The notes under the pieces are model-generated. The model had not been told where the DNA came from, made no database searches, and saw nothing but the letters and a program-made list of their open reading frames with translations. This document shows, one piece after another, positions 53,367-56,429 of a stretch of 56,429 nt of DNA (position 1 is its first letter; each line of letters starts with the position of its first letter). This stretch comes from a virus. Both the position numbers and the translations under genes were made by a program. The stretch lies in IMG/VR virus record IMGVR_UViG_3300012960_000001, positions 1-56,429 of that record; one strand, 5' to 3'.

Positions 53367-53929
53367 AAAAAATACTAAATGGACAAGTAGAGACTAAAGC
53401 GGCTTTTGCGGTTGTGATCTTCATTTATGTTATGGCCCTCTTAGCAATCTTATTAAATGGTTGTAAATCCTCTGAAATACTCGCAGCGCAGAAGGCATCA
53501 AGAGCGGAACGAGAACGACAGGAACAAATTGCCATTCTTGAAAAGACCCGGGAACTATTCCCCTGTGACACTTTCCGTACTTATTCAATAGATACCATAT
53601 TAGAGTTCGTGCTGGGAGATACAGTGAGAATAGGAGAGGTTAGTTATGTCCATGATACAGCGTTTATAAAGCGAATAGTAACCAAATTCGTTCTAGATAG
53701 CGCTTGGCTACAGCAGTATCGTGATTCTTTAGTATCGGCAAATTACGCCTTCGATATCGCCCGACAGGATGCTGCAGCACAAAGTAAGAGGGCAGATAAA
53801 GCGGAGATTTCTGCGAAAGCAGCAAAAGAGAATGAGGGCTATTACAAAAGAATTGTAATCATAGGCGGGGTTGTATTGGGGTTATTAATTGGAGGTATTG
53901 GTGCCTTGAAAATATTTGGTAAAATATGA
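53363..53929 (+). CDS. Unimolecular spanin candidate (lipobox plus C-terminal TM)
   Basis: LLAILLNGC lipobox-like signal. C-terminal IVIIGGVVLGLLIGGIGALKIF. Confidence 0.45.
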   Translation: MKKILNGQVETKAAFAVVIFIYVMALLAILLNGCKSSEILAAQKASRAERERQEQIAILEKTRELFPCDTFRTYSIDTILEFVLGDTVRIGEVSYVHDTAFIKRIVTKFVLDSAWLQQYRDSLVSANYAFDIARQDAAAQSKRADKAEISAKAAKENEGYYKRIVIIGGVVLGLLIGGIGALKIFGKI

Positions 53930-54510
53930 TCACAGAGCAATTAATAGAAATCATGCCGCTTAACTGGGTTGTGAAATCTGGAATGGATCAACAGGCAATT
54001 ACTAAAAGAAAGTTGGAAGTGGCTAATACCTATCTGCCATATTTGAACGAGTACATGGAGGCATACGGTATAAATACTAAAGACCGTCAGGCCATGTTCA
54101 TAGCCCAAATAGCACACGAATGTGGCGAATTGCGCTATACCCGGGAGATATGGGGGCCAACAGCTGCCCAAAAGGGCTACGAGGGAAGAAAGGATTTGGG
54201 CAATATTCATTCGGGCGATGGCAAACGATTTATGGGACGCGGACTCATTCAAATCACTGGCCGCGCGAACTATGCAAAATGCAGCCAAGCGTTAACTGGA
54301 ACGCCCAATACCTTCCTGGATACACCTGACCTTTTAAGCACCCCCAGGCATGCAGTAGAATCGGCCTGCTGGTTTTGGGCAGATAAAGGGCTTAATGCCC
54401 TTGCCGATACAGGCAATTTTGTATCCGTCACAAAGAAAATCAATGGAGGCACTAATGGTTTAGTTGAACGGGGAAAATACTGGGAGAAAGCGAAAGAAAT
54501 ATTATCATAG
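53926..54510 (+). CDS. Endolysin, glycoside hydrolase family 19
   Basis: FIAQIAHECGELRYTREIWG...GRGLIQITGRANY...INGG. Confidence 0.88.
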   Translation: MITEQLIEIMPLNWVVKSGMDQQAITKRKLEVANTYLPYLNEYMEAYGINTKDRQAMFIAQIAHECGELRYTREIWGPTAAQKGYEGRKDLGNIHSGDGKRFMGRGLIQITGRANYAKCSQALTGTPNTFLDTPDLLSTPRHAVESACWFWADKGLNALADTGNFVSVTKKINGGTNGLVERGKYWEKAKEILS

Positions 54511-54533
54511 GATTCAAATATGGTTAGTAAGTG

Positions 54534-54566
54534 AGGGCCGTTCTTTCCAGGGCGGCCTTTCTATTT
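54534..54566 (+). terminator. Candidate terminator after the lysis cassette
   Basis: AGGGCCG-(12 nt)-CGGCCTT followed by TCTATTT. Confidence 0.45.
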
Positions 54567-54573
54567 AGCTTTC

Positions 54574-54774
54574 TTAAACCTTTGTCCTGAAATGGGTTTT
54601 AATGGTTTTCTCCAATTGCGGTCTAATATCCTCCGGCACTGATTCATCTACCAAGGTTAAGTCTTCCCCGACCACTTTATAAATTACTTGTTGACCTGAA
54701 ATGCTTATGCTTACTTGTTTGGTATTTAGGATTCTACGGATTTTGATATCGTAACGCCCAATGGTCATTTTCAT
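54574..54774 (-). CDS. Hypothetical protein
   Basis: Track ORF, 66 aa. Confidence 0.5.
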   Translation of the reverse strand: MKMTIGRYDIKIRRILNTKQVSISISGQQVIYKVVGEDLTLVDESVPEDIRPQLEKTIKTHFRTKV

Positions 54775-54865
54775 AGATTACAATTTGAGGGTTATTACTT
54801 CACTTTAGTAAATATAGCGAATAATACTAAATATGACATGCTGAATTTAGTATGTTTTATTAAGG

Positions 54866-55126
54866 TTGCCGTATATATGTTTGCTATTAATTATGAATAG
54901 TGAACAGCAGGCCCTAAATGCCCTCGGAAAGAGAATCAAAGACATTCGGGAGGGGAAAGACCTTTCGCAGATGGACGTAGCTTATAAATGTGAAATGAGC
55001 ATGAGTCATCTTTCCAAGATTGAACATGGGCGCAATGTACCAGGGCTACTTGTACTTATTCGTATTGCATTAGCGTTAGGGGTGAAATTCAGGGAATTGG
55101 CGCAAGACATGGATGATTTTACTTAA
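54866..55126 (+). CDS. XRE-family HTH regulator
   Basis: LSQMDVAYKCEMSMSHLSKIEHGRNVPGLLVLIRIALALG. Confidence 0.75.
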   Translation: MPYICLLLIMNSEQQALNALGKRIKDIREGKDLSQMDVAYKCEMSMSHLSKIEHGRNVPGLLVLIRIALALGVKFRELAQDMDDFT

Positions 55127-55135
55127 AGTATTTCC

Positions 55136-55471
55136 TTATGATAAGTTCCCGGCTTTAATTCCCTCCCAAATTATCCTCGCAACTTCCCTGGCTTCATCTG
55201 TCTGTAGCCGTTCGTCATACTGAACTTCCCCGTTTATTTCATCAAAGTGCAATTCAGAGGGCAAGAGATCAGCCAATAAATCAGCCTGTTCTTCCTGTAC
55301 CAATCGGTAATGGTAATTCTTCCCTTCCCAGGTAATGACGAAATTGAAAAAGTAATCTTGGCCATTAATTAAAAAATGACCCGCTTTTGTTGCTCTTGGC
55401 ATGAAGGAAAGTTCGTAATTTTGCAACATATGTAAAAGACATAATTTGAGAATAGACATAAAAACAGACAT
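55136..55471 (-). CDS. Hypothetical protein (start uncertain)
   Basis: Track ORF, 111 aa. The first codons overlap the TAGACATA repeats, so a later Met is plausible. Confidence 0.5.
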   Translation of the reverse strand: MSVFMSILKLCLLHMLQNYELSFMPRATKAGHFLINGQDYFFNFVITWEGKNYHYRLVQEEQADLLADLLPSELHFDEINGEVQYDERLQTDEAREVARIIWEGIKAGNLS

Positions 55472-55698
55472 AAAACAGAATTACACATCTCAAAACCCGC
55501 TACCGGCTTAGATTAAAATGAAATTTTGTTCCACCGGCGTTGGTCTGATTTATATAAACCCCAGGTCAGCACTTGTCCGCCAAAGTTAATAATCCCTTAG
55601 CTGTAGCCAGTTTTAATACCTTATAAATTTTACTCGGCTTTATTTAAATTCACTTAAATTTACTTTTTTAGACATAATTTTAGACATACTCCACATAT
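55453..55698. promoter_or_regulatory. Candidate attP / integrase arm-site region
   Basis: (T/C)AGACATA at 55453, 55465, 55669 and 55681, all direct. TAAATT(n)ACT-like repeats at about 55623, 55644 and 55654. Non-coding and directly upstream of int. Confidence 0.4.
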
Positions 55699-56429
55699 AT
55701 GTTTATAAAGGGTAACGGATATTTCTATGCATCCTATTATTGCAAGGATGGCAGACTAAGGTACCCAACCGGAGTTAAAGTGGACTCAAAAGAGAAGGGA
55801 GATAAGATTCGGCTGGATCGTATAGAGAAATTAATTAATCAGTATGTAACGAACCAGTCTATCTTAGAAGAATCGGTTTACAAAAATAAACTGACTGTTT
55901 ACCTGGACGAACAATTAGGCAAGATAGATAAAGAAAGATCTGACTTTAAGACGGATTGGCTGCAAATGATTGATGATATGCGTTCGGGCAAATTGCGCAA
56001 AGAAAATGATGATCGTTTTAGCGAGGCGTCTGCCAAAAATTATGGAAGTGTTCTAAAAAAGCTTGAAAACTACGAAAAGTCAACAGGATATCTATTCACG
56101 TACGCATTCAGTATTGAGGATCACCGAGCATTTATTGGATGGCTGATACAAGCCAATTATAGCCGTAATAGTATTGCAGAGATTGTCGCGCGTTTAGGGG
56201 CCTTCCTTTCCAAAATGCATGATGCTAAAAAGCATAAAAATAAAGTATATGAACATAAGGGATTTAGATATTCTTGGGAGGAAGCGGATACGGTTGCGTT
56301 AACACTACCAGAGCTAACTGCTCTTTATAACCTCGAACTAAAAGGGGCCCAAGAGCGCGCACGAGATGTGTTTGTTTTTGGGTGTTGGGTTGCGCTCCGT
56401 GCAGAGGATTTGGGTAGAATCAATGAGTA
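55699..56429 (+). CDS. int: Tyrosine integrase, N-terminal arm-binding/SAM-like part; runs off the window end and continues at base 1
   Basis: ATG at 55699. My own translation (MFIKGNGYFYASYYCKDGRLRYPTGVKV...) has no stop to 56429. Missing from the ORF track because it has no stop inside the window. Confidence 0.85.
   Translation, partial: MFIKGNGYFYASYYCKDGRLRYPTGVKVDSKEKGDKIRLDRIEKLINQYVTNQSILEESVYKNKLTVYLDEQLGKIDKERSDFKTDWLQMIDDMRSGKLRKENDDRFSEASAKNYGSVLKKLENYEKSTGYLFTYAFSIEDHRAFIGWLIQANYSRNSIAEIVARLGAFLSKMHDAKKHKNKVYEHKGFRYSWEEADTVALTLPELTALYNLELKGAQERARDVFVFGCWVALRAEDLGRINE
56307..56429. repeat. Terminal direct repeat copy 2 (identical to 1..123)
   Basis: Same 123-nt string as the window start. 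Confidence 0.95.

Overview
The window is a complete, circularly closed temperate tailed-phage or prophage genome. Bases 1-123 are identical to 56307-56429, so the unique length is about 56,306 bp, and the junction falls inside a tyrosine integrase gene. A Bacteroidota host is inferred from the integrase type, TAnnTTTG-like -7 boxes, Sec signal peptides ending in GQ/AQ, and a DsbD-N-like domain.

Layout:
- int/xis (55699 -> 559, and 543-818).
- A roughly 20-kb minus-strand early operon (831-21272). It carries many small zinc-ribbon proteins, C5 and N6/N4 DNA methyltransferases, a NinG-like gene, XRE regulators, a DUF1376-like replication gene with internal tandem repeats, a DUF559/Vsr-like nuclease, RecT, YopX, a secreted esterase and a secreted DsbD-N-like protein.
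- A divergent cro-like/cI-like switch (21066-21685) with a palindromic operator, followed by an outer-membrane beta-barrel moron.
- Plus-strand late genes: terS, terL, tape measure, distal tail, portal, MuF, scaffold, capsid, connectors, tube candidate, beta-helix fibre, and a lysis cassette with a GH19 endolysin.

Most notable observations:
1. A 774-bp ORF-free, helix-rich stretch (16047-16820) inside the gap-free early operon, next to a non-canonical tRNA-like gene. This is a candidate large structured ncRNA.
2. A 5.5-kb antisense island (24868-30383) wedged between terL and the tail genes. It encodes four glycosyltransferases (GT47-like, GT11, GT2, GT25) and two SAM methyltransferases, with a fifth, GT8-like enzyme inside the tail operon and no recognisable flippase, polymerase or priming transferase.
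3. A shared 13-mer upstream of three late operons.
4. A DnaJ-type CxxCxGxG zinc finger inside the putative portal.
5. A possible -1 frameshift chaperone upstream of the tape measure gene.

All functional calls come from motif recognition by eye; no database search was run.
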